Part shown: positions 25,501 to 37,624 of the stretch, piece after piece
How the letters are laid out: each line of letters opens with the position of its first letter
How positions within the stretch are numbered: position 1 is the stretch's first letter
From: Squalus acanthias
Taxonomy: Eukaryota
Reading direction: 5' to 3'
Assembly: GCA_030390025.1 (NCBI GenBank)
Contig: CM059427.1
Location: 132,370,001-132,434,000, forward strand
DNA: 64,000 nt
Program-made: the position numbers and the translations under genes
Notes under the pieces: generated by a model
Told to the model about the DNA's origin: nothing
Databases searched by the model: none
The model's input: the letters and a program-made list of their open reading frames with translations, nothing else

Positions 25501-27034
25501 ATGAGGTTACAGATTGTGGTGGAATAAAATTCTGTTGCTGCTGATGGCCCACAGCGCCTCATGGATGCCCAGTTTTGAGCTGCTAGATCTGTTCTGAATC
25601 TATCCCATTTAGCACGGTGGTCGTGCCACACAACACGATGGAGGGTGTCCTCAGTGTGAAGACGGGATTTCGTCTCCACAATGACTGTACGGTGGTCACT
25701 GCTACCAATGCTGTCATGGACAGATGCATCTGCGACAGATAGATTGGTGAGGACGAGGTCAAGTAGGTTTTTCCCTCGTGTTGGTTCTCTCACCACCTGT
25801 CGCATGCCCTGACTGGCAGTTATGTCCTTCAGGACTCGGCCAGCTCGGTCAGTAGTGGTGTTACCGAGCCACTCTTGGTGATGGACATTGAAGTCCCCCA
25901 CCCAGAGTACATTCTGTGCCCTTGCTACTCTCAGTGCTTCTTCCAAGTGGTGTTCAACATGTTCAACCAGTGCTAGCATTCCCCTGCCTTGGCTGCAGGC
26001 CACTCGTGCCCAATGTCAAACCACATGCAGATCCCACCTCTATCCTATCCTCTAAACTGCAGGGAGTGTCAGTATCTGAGCTGGTGGCTGCGAGCGTGAA
26101 ATCGAGTGACAGTGCTGTGTCTTCATCATCAGTGCCTTGGTGCTCTTCTATTTCATGCTCCTCCACCAGTGCCTGGCCAGGTGGCAGTTCTTGGCTATCT
26201 GAAAGGAGAAAGGCACAAGGGTAAGGTTGTGGTGAGGGGAGGGGGGAAAGCAAGAGGTGCATGCCTACACCTTGTGCAGCCTGTAAATCAGATGAGATTG
26301 TGGGATGAGGGGGAAGTGGGAAGTGAAAAGGAGGATTACATATGAGAATACCAGCATCGTGTATTCTTTCAGCCCCGCCGCTGGCAACAGGCTCAGTGAT
26401 GGCCCTCCTAATAGTGACCAGCACGTCTCCTCCATCAGGGTCAGGTTATGCTGGTGTGCCTGTCCCCCGCCAGTTAGGTCCTGCTGGCGCCTGATGTGAG
26501 CCATCTTGCCATGCCAGAGAAAGGAAAGTGTGTCAGTGAGTGTGGTGCAATGTGTTTGGGTGATATGCCTGTCATGGTTGAATAGCTGGCAGTGTGTGCA
26601 AGTTGTGAGATGTGGGTGTGAGGCCTGCAGCAGTGGTAAGTGTGTGGGGGTGAGGTGAAGCTATGAACGTGAGGTATGAGTCATGTTTGATAGAGATTGT
26701 TGGTAGGTGAGTGATGGGGCTATGGTGCAATGAGCAGTGTGTGAGGCTAATGATGCAGTTGGTGGGATATGGCATTTGAAGATGAATTCACTGACATTGC
26801 CCACTCGTGTGAGGTTATTAAACTTCTTCCTGCACTACGTCCAGGTCTTCAGGGCTATATTGCTGGCATGACCACAACGGCTATCAGCTCTCATTGGATT
26901 TTACGCATTTGGCTGGAGGACCTCCTGGCCCCCTGTGGAAACAGGACCTCTCCCCTCGTGTTCTCCTCCTGCAGCAAGGCCTCCAGTGCTGCATCGGAGA
27001 ACCTTGGAGCATGCTCTCTCCCCTGTTGTGACAT
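22600..27034 (-). pseudogene. Harbinger Myb/SANT-like gene (exons about 27034-26796, 26515-26350, 26198-22600), disrupted
   Basis: MSQQGREHAPRFSDAALEALLQE, then MAHIRRQQDLTGGG, then an acidic/coiled-coil last exon (ORFs 25963-26424 and 23032-23433) split by a LINE. Confidence 0.72.
23435..25966 (-). mobile_element. 5'-truncated CR1/L2-group LINE (partial APE endonuclease + RT), nested in the Harbinger Myb gene
   Basis: 780-aa ORF: [37 protein letters not shown] and FADV (catalytic DD mutated). A-rich tail at 23435-23444. Confidence 0.92.
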
Positions 27035-27489
27035 CATTATTTTTTTTTGCTGCTCTCACTTTCTTCCCGAGCCACTTGAATGACTTGCTGCAGGCAGAAT
27101 GCACCTCCCCTTTAAGAGATGCAGACTGCCTTTAACAAGTGCAGACTAGCTTTAATTGGTCCTAGCCTCGCCCAAACTTGGGCCCCCTGCTAAGCGTTGA
27201 GCCACTCAGCAGCGCGTTCAGCGCTGGGCTGAACGCCACAATCATGTTAATCAGCAGGCAGCACAAAGTTAGCATGCTGCCTGCATTACTTTGAACGGGC
27301 GTGGGTTGATCGCGCATTGCGGCCCCCCGCGCCCGTTTTCGGGGGCAAACGAATTTTTAGCCCAACGTTTCAGGTCGACGACCTTACATCAGAACTGGAA
27401 GAAGTTAGAGACTTAACAGTTTATAAGTATGGACCCTGGGAAAGGGGTGTGTGTGTGTGTGTGTGTGTGTGTGGGGGGCGGTGGGCTGA

Positions 27490-28190
27490 AGTTACAACGC
27501 GCCTTTGAGAGTAACGAAAGCCCGAATTAGCAACTGCCTGGTACCCAATTTTCCAAGGCCGGCTAACTCCAGCCTTGTAAACAGTGTCCACACTGAGCTG
27601 ACCGAGGTACCTGACCCCGGCCTGTGCTCCGCTGATTGGTGCAGCGCTGTGTTGTGCAGGCAAGCAGCTTTGTGTGGTTGGTTGGAAGATCAGCAAGGAA
27701 ACGTTGCAGCACATCCGCAAGCAAACTGGCACACCCCCTGCAACAGGTTACTCACAGCTGCCAAAGTGTTTAATTTTTTTCTGTTGACAACCCCCGTTTA
27801 ACATTGCACTCACTCGTGTCCAGTACTGATTGCTGGCGTTCGCTGCTTGTGTTTCTTCCACTGGCAGTGGACGCGATCTTGGTCGGGTGTTGGAGGTTGC
27901 CGTGGATTGGGTCTCTCGTCCATCTGACGCACAGCTCCACTTCACACTGAGTTTAAGGCACAAACCTCGCCTGGTCCCTTTCAGTTCCGGCTGTAGGCAG
28001 TTGCTGCTCGAATGGGTTGCGTTGTTTACCACCTTATTCATGTGATTTCTGTTCTGGGTGATATGGCTGCAGATTTGAGCGCTTGTATTTCAGATCTCAG
28101 CACCTTGTCTTAAGTTTTTTTTTCAAAATCTGAACGACTGGGATCGATTTGGGGGGGCGATCGAAGGGGACCGGAACCATCTCCGAAACA
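27490..28190 (+). promoter_or_regulatory. Putative promoter/5' UTR of the PARM1-like gene
   Basis: Non-repetitive, relatively CpG-retaining sequence upstream of the ATG; inverted CCAAT (CTGATTGG) at about 27632. TSS not determinable. Confidence 0.4.
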
Positions 28191-28242
28191 ATGTGGGCGA
28201 ATTTCGTGCTGATTTTATGTCAGCACTTTATTTTTTCCTCAG
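28191..28242 (+). CDS. PARM1: PARM1-like protein exon 1 (signal peptide)
   Basis: ACAATGT with A at -3; MWANFVLILCQHFIFSS; consensus donor CAG|GTAAGT, phase 1, matching the exon 2 acceptor phase. Confidence 0.75.
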
Positions 28243-28859
28243 GTAAGTACAAAGTTATTACATTTTCATTCGCTATTACATTAAAACTTACACGATTTGA
28301 ATTTATCAGCATATAACCATTTATTTGCGAAATATCAAAGAATATTCTAACGCCCATATTCTTAATGTAGTTGTTCAACAGATGATATAAATGTTTTATT
28401 AAGCAGAGAAAACTTCTCCTCCTCAATAGATCTTGGCCGTATTTAGTGGAACAAGGAAATAATTATTCACATAAAATGTTATCAATTTCGATGCAACTTT
28501 CCAGTGGGGTCGCAGTCATTTCGCGGTCCGCCTTGCAGTCCGGTTTAATGCCCGGTTGCAGTGTAACAGGATACTTAGGAAATATAACGCAGCCAAAGTC
28601 TTGTGTTAACTTCTGCTGAAATACTCGAGGGGCTGAGCGCCCTTCTTGTACGGACACTTATAGCAACAAGCACTGGTCTCGGTTGAGCGGAGAAGGCAGC
28701 TCGGGGGGTGGGGGGGGGGACCATGAACTGGCAGAACGAGGAAGTGGCTGTGGTTCAATGTAGCAGACTGCAGCCTGCGTGTTGGAATTTCAAATGTGAA
28801 TGTTTTCAAATGCAAGATGTGTGTTAAGTCACCAGTAACCGTCTCCTTTCTCTTTTCAG

Positions 28860-29558
28860 CAACGATGAACGGCTCGGTTAGGCACACAACAACACAAGCA
28901 GGTTCTGCAACAAGCGCCACTGCATTTTCATCTGAAAATTCATCTACTGTTTTTAACTCCTCCCCGCCTTTCACCGCAAACTTGCAAAACACAACAGCAG
29001 CAAACACTTCAAAAGCAGATGCAGAAACAAACTCTTTACTCGCCACCGTCAGTCCAAGTATGTTCACAAGCACAAGTCACCGAACGAGCACTGTGTTACC
29101 CATCGCACCACTGAACCACACTTCTCAAAGCAGTCCACCCCTCCATGGTACAACCGTGTTGTCCACGTCAGCTCCCAACATAACTTCTAATAGTTCAGTC
29201 ACGGTGAGGAATTACTCACCCAACATGACAAATAGCTCTGCTCAGAGTGATAATGCAACTAGTGCAACACACAGCCCGCTGACAAATAGCACGGCCCAGA
29301 CAACTTCACTTCATACTTTCACCACCAACAGTTCTTCCACCACCAACAGTTCTTTCACAAGCAGGGAGCCAACTTCCCTTCCAAATGGCACCGGGCACAG
29401 AGGGGCCACCACAGTAAAAGTCCCTACTGTCACCTTTACAACACCTGATGCTTTCACCACCGTTTTGCCATCTTCGAGCCTAACCTCCTCATCAAGCATC
29501 AGGCTCTCAACTAACAGTACCGAAAAAGAAAACAAAATTGCGGCTCCAAGCAATGCAG
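28860..29558 (+). CDS. PARM1: PARM1-like protein exon 2 (Ser/Thr/Pro-rich mucin ectodomain)
   Basis: Acceptor CTCCTTTCTCTTTTCAG; 699-nt open phase1-phase1 exon; about 17 N-x-S/T sequons; donor CAG|GTGAGA. Confidence 0.9.
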
Positions 29559-29819
29559 GTGAGAGTTGATGCGACTGTTTCAAAGACGCTGCGGTTAGAA
29601 GGAGTCTGTGCATCAGCACTCCCTGTAAAAGTAAAACCATTACAAAGATTTACTGTGACCTTTGTCTATTTCCATTGGGCTCTGTTTTGTATATTTTTGT
29701 TTGAAAAGTGAGAGATGATAACGTAATCAGCAGAACTGGCAGGGAGACAGGACAGTGCCAGTGATGTGAGTGAGCTGAATCTGTAAGTGCAGTTAAAAGG
29801 ACAACTGTTGGAAGCAGCT

Positions 29820-30070
29820 TGCTTCAATAACCATAAGGCTGTAAAAATGCTAATGGATTTCTAGGCTTCATCTCAAGAGGTACACAATATAAAAGCCAAG
29901 AGGTAATGATCAGCTTATATAAAACCTTACTCAGACCTCAGTTAGAGTACTGTGTGTGCAGTATTGGGTTACACACTATAGGAAAGATATTGAGGCCTAA
30001 GAGAGTGCACAATGCATATTCACAATGCTTCCTGGTATGATGAAATGCCAATATGAAGAAAGACTTGGGT
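29820..30070 (+). mobile_element. Old CR1 fragment
   Basis: Decayed LYKTL.RP.LEYC.Q codons (TTATATAAAACCTTACTCAGACCTCAGTTAGAGTACTGTGT). Confidence 0.6.
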
Positions 30071-30197
30071 CAGATTATTAATTCATTCTGGTTTGTTAAT
30101 CATCATTAAATCTAGTATGGCCTGTTCCCATGTCGATTGGGCCATAATTTGCTGCAGCAGGGCATCTAATGGCGACTGCCATTAGTTAGACTTTCCC

Positions 30198-32392
30198 ATA
30201 GGAACATAGGAACAGGTGTAGGTCATTTAGCCCCTCGAGACTATTCCGACATTCTGCGAGATCACGGCTGATCTGTGACCTAACTCCATATACCAGCCTT
30301 TGCCCCAAATCCCTTAATACCTTTGGTTAACAAAAAATCTATCAATCTTAGATTTAAAATTAACAATTGATTTAGCATCAATTGCCGTTTGCGGAAGAGA
30401 GTTCCAAACTTTTACCACCCTTTGCGTATAGAAGTGTTTCCTAACTTCACTCCCAAAAGGCCTGGCTCTAATTTTTAGACTATGCCTCCTAGTCCTAGAC
30501 TCCCCAACCAGCGCAAGTAGTTTCTCTCTATCTATCCTATCAGTTCCCCTTACATCGTGAAAACTTCGACCAAATCACCCCTTAACCTTCTAAATTCCAG
30601 GGAATAGAACCCGAGTTTGTGTAATCATTCCTGGTAATTTAACCCTTGGAATCCAGCTATCATACCGGTAAATCTACGCTGCACTCCCTCCAAGGCCAAT
30701 ATATCCTTCCAGGTGTGGTGCCCAGAGCTGCTCATAGAACTCCAGATGTGGTCTAACCAGGGCTTTGTATAGCTGCAGCATAACTTCTACCCCCCTTGTA
30801 TTCTATATAAAGGCCAGCATTCCATTAGCCTTTCTGATTATTTTCTGTACCTGTCCATGACATTTTAATGGCCTAGAAATTCGGGTGGCCGCCTTGCTGC
30901 GGGGGTAAGGATCGCGCGCGCTCTTACCTACCGCGCCTGCCGTTGTGTTTCGGGCCCACAGGAACTTCGGGTCCTGGGCCTCTCCCTAGTGCCGGTGCGC
31001 AGTGCTTGCGTGTCCCAGGGGCGCAGTTAGTGCGATGCGACCTCTAGGATCACGTGTGCCATGGAGAGCCAATGGCAGCAGACCATCTTTCATTCATAGA
31101 TTTGACAGGAGACCTGTCAAATCTGTGAATTGAAATCGGCCCCAAAAGAACAGCTAAACCTCAAATAAATTTTTTTTTAAAACCATCACATTAATAAAAT
31201 AACTATAGTTAAATAAATTAACCACTTTAAACAAGAATTAAAATTTTTGAAAAAATTTAAATTCTTTTTAAAAGTTATAAAAATAATCTTACCTTTCTTT
31301 AAAGTCTCTAAAAAAGATAAACCTGTTGAAAAAAATTTAAAATTATACTTAATTAACTACTTAACTTGTTCAAAAGGGGTCTTACGCCTCCTTTTTACTT
31401 GTGTAGAATCTTCCATACTTACCCTCGCGTTGAAAGCTGAAAAAAAACCTAAGTGTTCTAGTGCGCACGCGATTCACCTAGGAACCGCCCCCTTCGCCAT
31501 ACCGGAAGTGCCGGTTTCCCACACATGCGCAGTGCATGCAGGAAACCGGCACTTCGGGAACGAATACGGGTGAGTACGCAACGGGTACTCTCCTGTATTC
31601 GGCCGAATTTTTGGGCCAATGATCTATGTACCTGGACCCCCAAGTCTCCACTGGTTCTAGCTTTTCACCAGTTAGAAAGTACTCTGTTCTATCCTTTTTA
31701 TGTCCAAAGTGGATTATCGCACATTTGCATACATTGAAATCCATTTGCTTAATCTATTAATATCGCTTTGTAATTTTATACTTCCATCTGCACTGCTTAT
31801 AATGCCGCCTATCTTTGTTTCATTGGCAAATGTGGATGCGTGGCTTTCTATCCCATCATCTAAGTCATTAATAAATATGGTGAATAATTGAGGCCCCAAC
31901 ACAGATCCTTGCGGGACACCACTAGTCACATCCTGCCAATTAGAGTTCCTGCCCATTATCCCTACTCTCTGTCTCCTGCCGCTCAGTCTCTTTCCTAACC
32001 AGGTCAATAATTTGCCCTCAATTCCATGAGCTTCAATTTTAGCTAACAGTCTCTTATGAGGGACTTTATCAAATGCCTTCTGGGAGTCCATATAAATAAC
32101 ATCCATAGACATTCCCCTGTCCACTACTTTAGTCACCTCTTCAAAAAACTCAATCAGGTTTGTCAGACATGAGCTACCTTTTACAAATCCATACTGGCTC
32201 TCTCTGATCAGCTGAAAATTTTCAAGGTGTTCAGTCATTCTATCATTAACTATAGACTCTAGTAATTTCCTGACAACAGATGTTAGGCCAACTGGTCTAT
32301 AATTCCCTGGTTTCTCTCTCTCACCTTTGTTAAATAGTGGAATGACAATTTTCCAATCTAAAGGAATGGTTCCCGAATTGAGAGAACTTTGG
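30198..32392 (-). mobile_element. CR1 LINE fragment interrupted by a MITE
   Basis: ORF 31714-32403 with GNYRPV, KAFDKVPH and [10 protein letters not shown]; CATAGGAA tail at about 30198. Confidence 0.88.
30870..31617. mobile_element. Harbinger-type MITE (748 bp), same family as 2314-3057
   Basis: TIRs GGCCTAGAAATTCGG / CCGAATTTTTGGGCC; perfect TSD AAT at 30867-30869 and 31618-31620. Confidence 0.87.
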
Positions 32393-32885
32393 AACCCCTG
32401 CACATTTAGGTTTTTTAATTTTTTGTGTAGAAAGATGCTGAAAGTGTGAACTGATAACAGCGCAGCGAGGGAAACAAGGCATCTGGGAACTGAGTGAACA
32501 GGGCAAGCAATTGTGCATCTTCTTAACCAATCAGATTGATGGATTGTGAAATTAACAGCGCAAGGACTGAGAAGGAAGTGTAAATTAGAGTGGGTGAATT
32601 CAATGTCAAATCAGGTACAGAGTGAGAAATAAAGCGAGGGAAAGAAAGATTGGATTAAGAGAGAGAGAGACAGAAAGGAAAATCATTTTTCTTTTTAATT
32701 TTAAATTTAATGTTTTTCAAATCTCCAATTAAAACCTGAAGGAATGAGACTCCACAGTTGTAATAGTTAAATTTCAGTGCCAGAGAGGTTGACTGGCAGT
32801 AATTAACACTTGTCACATCGTTAAAAGGGTACTTAGACTGAAATGGACAAGACTTAACTTTCTGTGGCAAGTTTCGTTTGTATCT

Positions 32886-33658
32886 TTTTAAAATTTGTTT
32901 ATGGGATCTGGGCGTCGCTGGCAAGGCCAGCATTTATTGCTTATCCCTAGTTGCCCTTGAGAAGGTGGTGGTGAGACGCCTTCTTGAACCGCTGCAGTCT
33001 GTGTGGTGAAGGTACTCCCACAGTGCTGTTAGGTAGGGAGTTCCAGGATTTTGACCCAGCGACGATGAAGGATCGGCGATATACTTCTAAGTCAGGATGG
33101 TGTGTGACTTGGAGGGGAACTTGGATGTGGTGGTGTTCTCATGCGCCTGCTGCCCTTGTCCTTCTCGGTGGAAGAGGTCGCGGGTTTGGGAGGTGCTGCC
33201 GAAGAAGCCTTGGTGAGTTGCTGCAGTGCATCTTGTAGATGGTACACACTGCAGCCACGGTACGCCGGTGGTGGATGGGGCGCCAACCAAACGGGCTGCT
33301 TTGTCCTGGATGGTGTCAAGCTTCTTGAGTGTTGTTGGAGCTGCTCATCCAGGCAAGTGGAGAGTACACTCTTTACTTGTGCCTTGTAGATGGTGGAAAG
33401 GCTTTGGGGAGTCAGGAGGTGAGACACTCGCCACAGAATACCCAGCCTCTGACCTGCTCTTGTTGCCACAGTATTTATGTGGCTGGTCCAGTTAAGTTTC
33501 TGGTCAATGGTGACCCCCAGGATGTTGATGGTGGGGGATTCAGTGATGGTAATGCCGTTGAATGTCATGGGGAGGTGGTTAGACTCTCGATTGTTGGAGA
33601 TAGTCATTGACTGGCATTTCTGTGGCGCGAATGTTACCTGCCACTTATCAGCCCAAGC
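32886..33658 (-). mobile_element. 3' fragment of CR1/L2-group LINE
   Basis: Matches the 3' 800 bp of 23435-25966; 8-bp TSD TTGTATCT (32878-32885, 33659-33666). Confidence 0.88.
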
Positions 33659-33904
33659 TTGTATCTACTGCGCAAGTACAGCAACTTCACGTCATTCAAA
33701 GCTTTTCAATGGTGAGGCAGACGGCAAGAACCATTTTCATGAAGCTAACAGCAGAGCGCCACAACTCGGACAGCAACTTTTGGATATTTGAGTTTAACCA
33801 AGCATCTGTCCCTTGCCTGAACTTCCCGTACCATTGACGCATAAATAACGGCGAGCGCCATTAGCCTAATTGTTTTGACAGTAAATTATCGCCCTGATCT
33901 GTTT

Positions 33905-34600
33905 ATCATTATGCCAATTAGCACGTGGCTCAGGTCGTCATTTGAAGATGACGACCCTTGAGGCCCTACTTTTTAATTTAGCGCCTAGCTCCTGATATTC
34001 CCTCAGCAGGATCTCCTCCCTGTTTTATATGTTGCTGGTTCCGACATGGAACAAATCAACCTGTTTTTCCCCCCTCGCTTTCCAAGTTCCTTTCTAGTCA
34101 ATTTGAGGTGTCCCTTACTCTGGCACCTTGTAGGCAATGCACCCTCCAATCGTGACTGCAGAGGACACCCTCTATTCCCTGGATTCTGGAATCCCCTATA
34201 TCCCGGACTGCCTCCTGCTCCATGGTGCCTTGGTTACATTCCTGCCTATCCTCCCCACAGCCACCTTCTTAATCCCCACAAGTAGCAAGTACATCGTACA
34301 TGTTGGACAGGACCAGTTTCTGTGGTTCCTCCTTCTCTGCCTCCACTAGGCTCCCCCTTCGTTGCTGACTGTCAGTCACACACTTCTCTTCCTGTATCTC
34401 TCTCTATGTGGTGTGACTGTTCTGGAGTAAACTATCCAGATATTTCTCCTCCTCCATTATGTGTCGGCGTGTCTCTAACTCGTGCTCCAGCTCAATGCCT
34501 CTGAGCCGGAGTAACTCAAGATAGAAATTTCCCACGTGTTCATCAGGGGCAGTCCCACTGTCCACAAATTCCCACATTCTGCAGTTCTGACACACTGCCT
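33905..34600 (-). mobile_element. CR1 ORF1 relic (Cys/coiled-coil N-terminus and probable esterase part)
   Basis: ORF 34404-34595 CQNCRMWEF...LLRLRGIELEHELET.RHI.EEE.YLDS resembles the CR1 ORF1p N-terminus. Confidence 0.55.
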
Positions 34601-37600
34601 GTGCTGCATTATCTACTCTATGTTTATTTGTTTTATTTTACACCAGTTATTTATTTCTCTCTATTTTCTGATTCACCTTCAACATTAAATTATTATGATT
34701 ATCAGATGGATTTAATTTGGTTTCTATTAGTTACTTATATTTTTCAGTTTAGTATATCAGCCTTTTACATCTATTTACTTAAAGCTGATGGTTTGGTTTT
34801 TGCCCTTGACTCTTATGTATTATTTTTTTAATTTTGGTAGCCCCATAATCTACTATATAGTTAAATATTAAAGCGTGAATAAATAATTGAACACTTAGCT
34901 TTTATTCCTCGGACTCCACCGCTCCTTCCTCTGCATTGGCTATGACGTCACTTTTCAGATTCTTCACTCTGTTTGTTTCAGTGCTGTCCCCGTTCTGATA
35001 TGCTGTGCTCTTTTTAAATACTCTTATGAGGCCATTCCCGCCATGCTCCTCTCTGTCACCGCTCGGTTACTCTGCGCTCCTGTGAAGCACCTTGGAATGT
35101 TTTACTATTTAAAGGTGCTATATAAATGCAGGTTGTTATTCTATATTTGTTTAGCATCAGTTTGGGACAAACTTGGAGATGTGCTTGTACAGCAGAAAAA
35201 AAATAGCTCCTTGTAGCCAGTCACAGCTTGTATTAGTCACTCACTCTAATTCCAAATGCAACGCCTCAACATATTCCCATGAAAAAGTAAATGCAAATCC
35301 TTTAAGGATTCCGTAAGATTCCATCTCTGTCCCAAACTCTTCTGTTCCTTTGTCCACTGTGACATGTTTTATGTCATATAATGTTTATAGAGAATTGGCA
35401 TTTGTGTAATAGTTTCTGACTATTTGGTGCAATGTGACTGATTCCATGATGTTAACGCATCATTGGAAAACTTTTAGTGGTCACTGGTTGGAGAAATAAA
35501 TTAAGGAGCTATTATGTTAAATGTTGCACATCTTGCTTAAGCAAACACATTGAACAACAATCAAACTGAAATGTATTTATAAATTCCATTTGAATATCCA
35601 AGACAAGGGGAAAATAACTAATTATTGCTCATTTCTTTTTTAAATTAATGTTTCTCATCATGGATACAGCTACATATGCCTGGGGAAGTTCATAACACAT
35701 TAATTTTTTTTTTCATTCAGCCTCATTTTATTGCTAGGCTAAATGCCCATTCCTTTTAAGCTGGGAATGTTCAACATTTCAGGTTTAAAAATCCCTGATT
35801 GTCACTAGTGAGATGAAAGATTTAAAAATTAAAATAATGGGCACACTGGTAAAAGGGCAAAGAAGCAGTACAAGTATTTCCTGCCAGTGGTAACCAATAT
35901 TGCCAGCAGAGAGCAAAATCCTGGCCCTAATTTTTAAAAGGGGTTTGCATTGATGGTGAGACTCCATCTTCAATTGCTCATGTATTTCATCACTACATGG
36001 AAACACCGGCCAGAGGTTTCTGCTTCTGCACTCGTCATCCTGTGATTCCCCTGTTCATTAAAATGAATGGGGGGGAAAGTCATGGGCTGGCGCGAAAACC
36101 CTGGCCAATAACTGCAGTGAGGTTGAGTTACTTACCTTTGCTATGGTTTCCTTTACTAAGATGTTTGTTTGACCATGAAAATAAATATTAATAACAAACA
36201 TTTGAACAACACATAAATATTGTATTAGATGAAAGCTTTTGCAACAAGAGGTTTTGCTGAGCAGCATGCATTTTGAGTTATAATTTCAAAATAAAGAACT
36301 GCCATGAATATTTAATATCCACGGTAGTACAATTAAGAAATGCATAATAATAGATAAAAAACAAATACATCCAAGCCACTATAGACAGGTGCTTAATGAA
36401 GGTGCTTCCCATAGAGGTAGAGAGAGGGGGAAAAGAGAACTTAGGACCATTCTTGCATCAACATCTGAACATTGAGTTAAAGCAGCATTGGTAGAAGCTA
36501 AGGAGCAAGTCTCATGCCCGTATTGTCAGCTGGGAAAGATGTGTGCACCCTTTGAAGGGGGAAAAAGGCAGAAATGCAAATAAATTACAGATGATATATT
36601 TGGGGAAGGGCTGTCCATTCATAGCCAATGGTTAGTAAATGCAGCCCAGTTATATTTAATGGTGCCACGCTGTGCTGAGCCTATTGGTATGTTTTACGGG
36701 AAACAGTTCTGGAAATCGTTTTGTGGTTTTAAGTGCGTTGAGACATCTTTCTACTTTAAAGGTGCTATATAAATGCAGGTTGTTGTTGCTGTAGAGATTA
36801 GAATTTTGCTTACAAATTGCTGACAATCATTTTGTTCATTGTGGCAGCTAAACTGCTTATTGTAGAACTTTATCTGCAAGTAAATTAAATCTGTACAAAG
36901 GTTTCTGTTTCTAGATGTGAAAATAGTTATGTTGTTGAAGAAACAGACTAGACTGATAAGTTGCATGTTGCTTTTAAGAGGAAACAACTGTCAGATCTGT
37001 ATACAGATCACGTAAGAGAGTTTTATCTTTATCAATGTAGTCAATAAACGGTGAGCGTGGAGCCAGACAGTACGTCAACCAGGTCGTAAATAATCATAGG
37101 AATAGAAGAAAATCAGAATGCTGAAAATGTAAAATAAAATCAGAAAATGTTGGGAATGAACAGATTAGATTAATGTTTGAGGAGGGCTTTTCACCGGAAC
37201 CAGGTTGATGTGAGGGTGGCGCTTCATCAGACGTTTATCGTGTTATTAGTCTTTTATTATATTATTTGGAGCTACTGTTTTTATATTTGGGGGAAAAATT
37301 AATTCGCACCCAAAAACAGTCGCACATGTGATTGGATAGGTCCAAGACGCACCTAATACTGGGCCTCGGTTTTCATTATCATCGAACCGGCGAGCTGCGG
37401 ACAACTAATGGGAGGGAGGATGGCAGTGCCTGGGATTGGGGAGGGTAACTGGCCGGGATTGAGATGGGGGGGTAGTGGTAGCCAGCATCGGGAGGGGGGA
37501 TAGTGGTGGCTGGGAGCAGGAGGGAAGATACAGTGACTGGGATTGAGATGCAGAAGGGGGCTAGCAGTGGCCGGGTTCAGGTTCAGGGAGGATAATGGTG

Positions 37601-37624
37601 GCCGGGTTCAGGTTCAGGGAAGGT

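Larger units (their letters stand above)
20694..27363. mobile_element. Full-length decayed PIF/Harbinger transposon (convergent transposase and Myb genes) with two nested insertions
   Basis: TIRs GGGCTAGAAATT / AATTTTTAGCCC; TSD AAT/AAC; both canonical Harbinger genes recognisable. Confidence 0.88.
30139..33894. mobile_element. Harbinger-type MITE broken by two LINE insertions
   Basis: Candidate TIRs GGGCCATAATTTGCTG / CAGTAAATTATCGCCC; middle piece about 32394-32885. TSD not conserved. Confidence 0.5.

Noticed and set aside
23661-26003. 780-aa ORF as a functional gene or active RT
   Set aside because: 5'-truncated inside the endonuclease. The first residues come from flanking Harbinger DNA, and the catalytic FADD reads FADV.
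28796-29569. Single-exon 257-aa secreted mucin as listed in the ORF track
   Set aside because: It starts at a non-ATG codon in the intron. Consensus splice sites at 28859/29559 and phase-compatible flanking exons show it is an internal exon.
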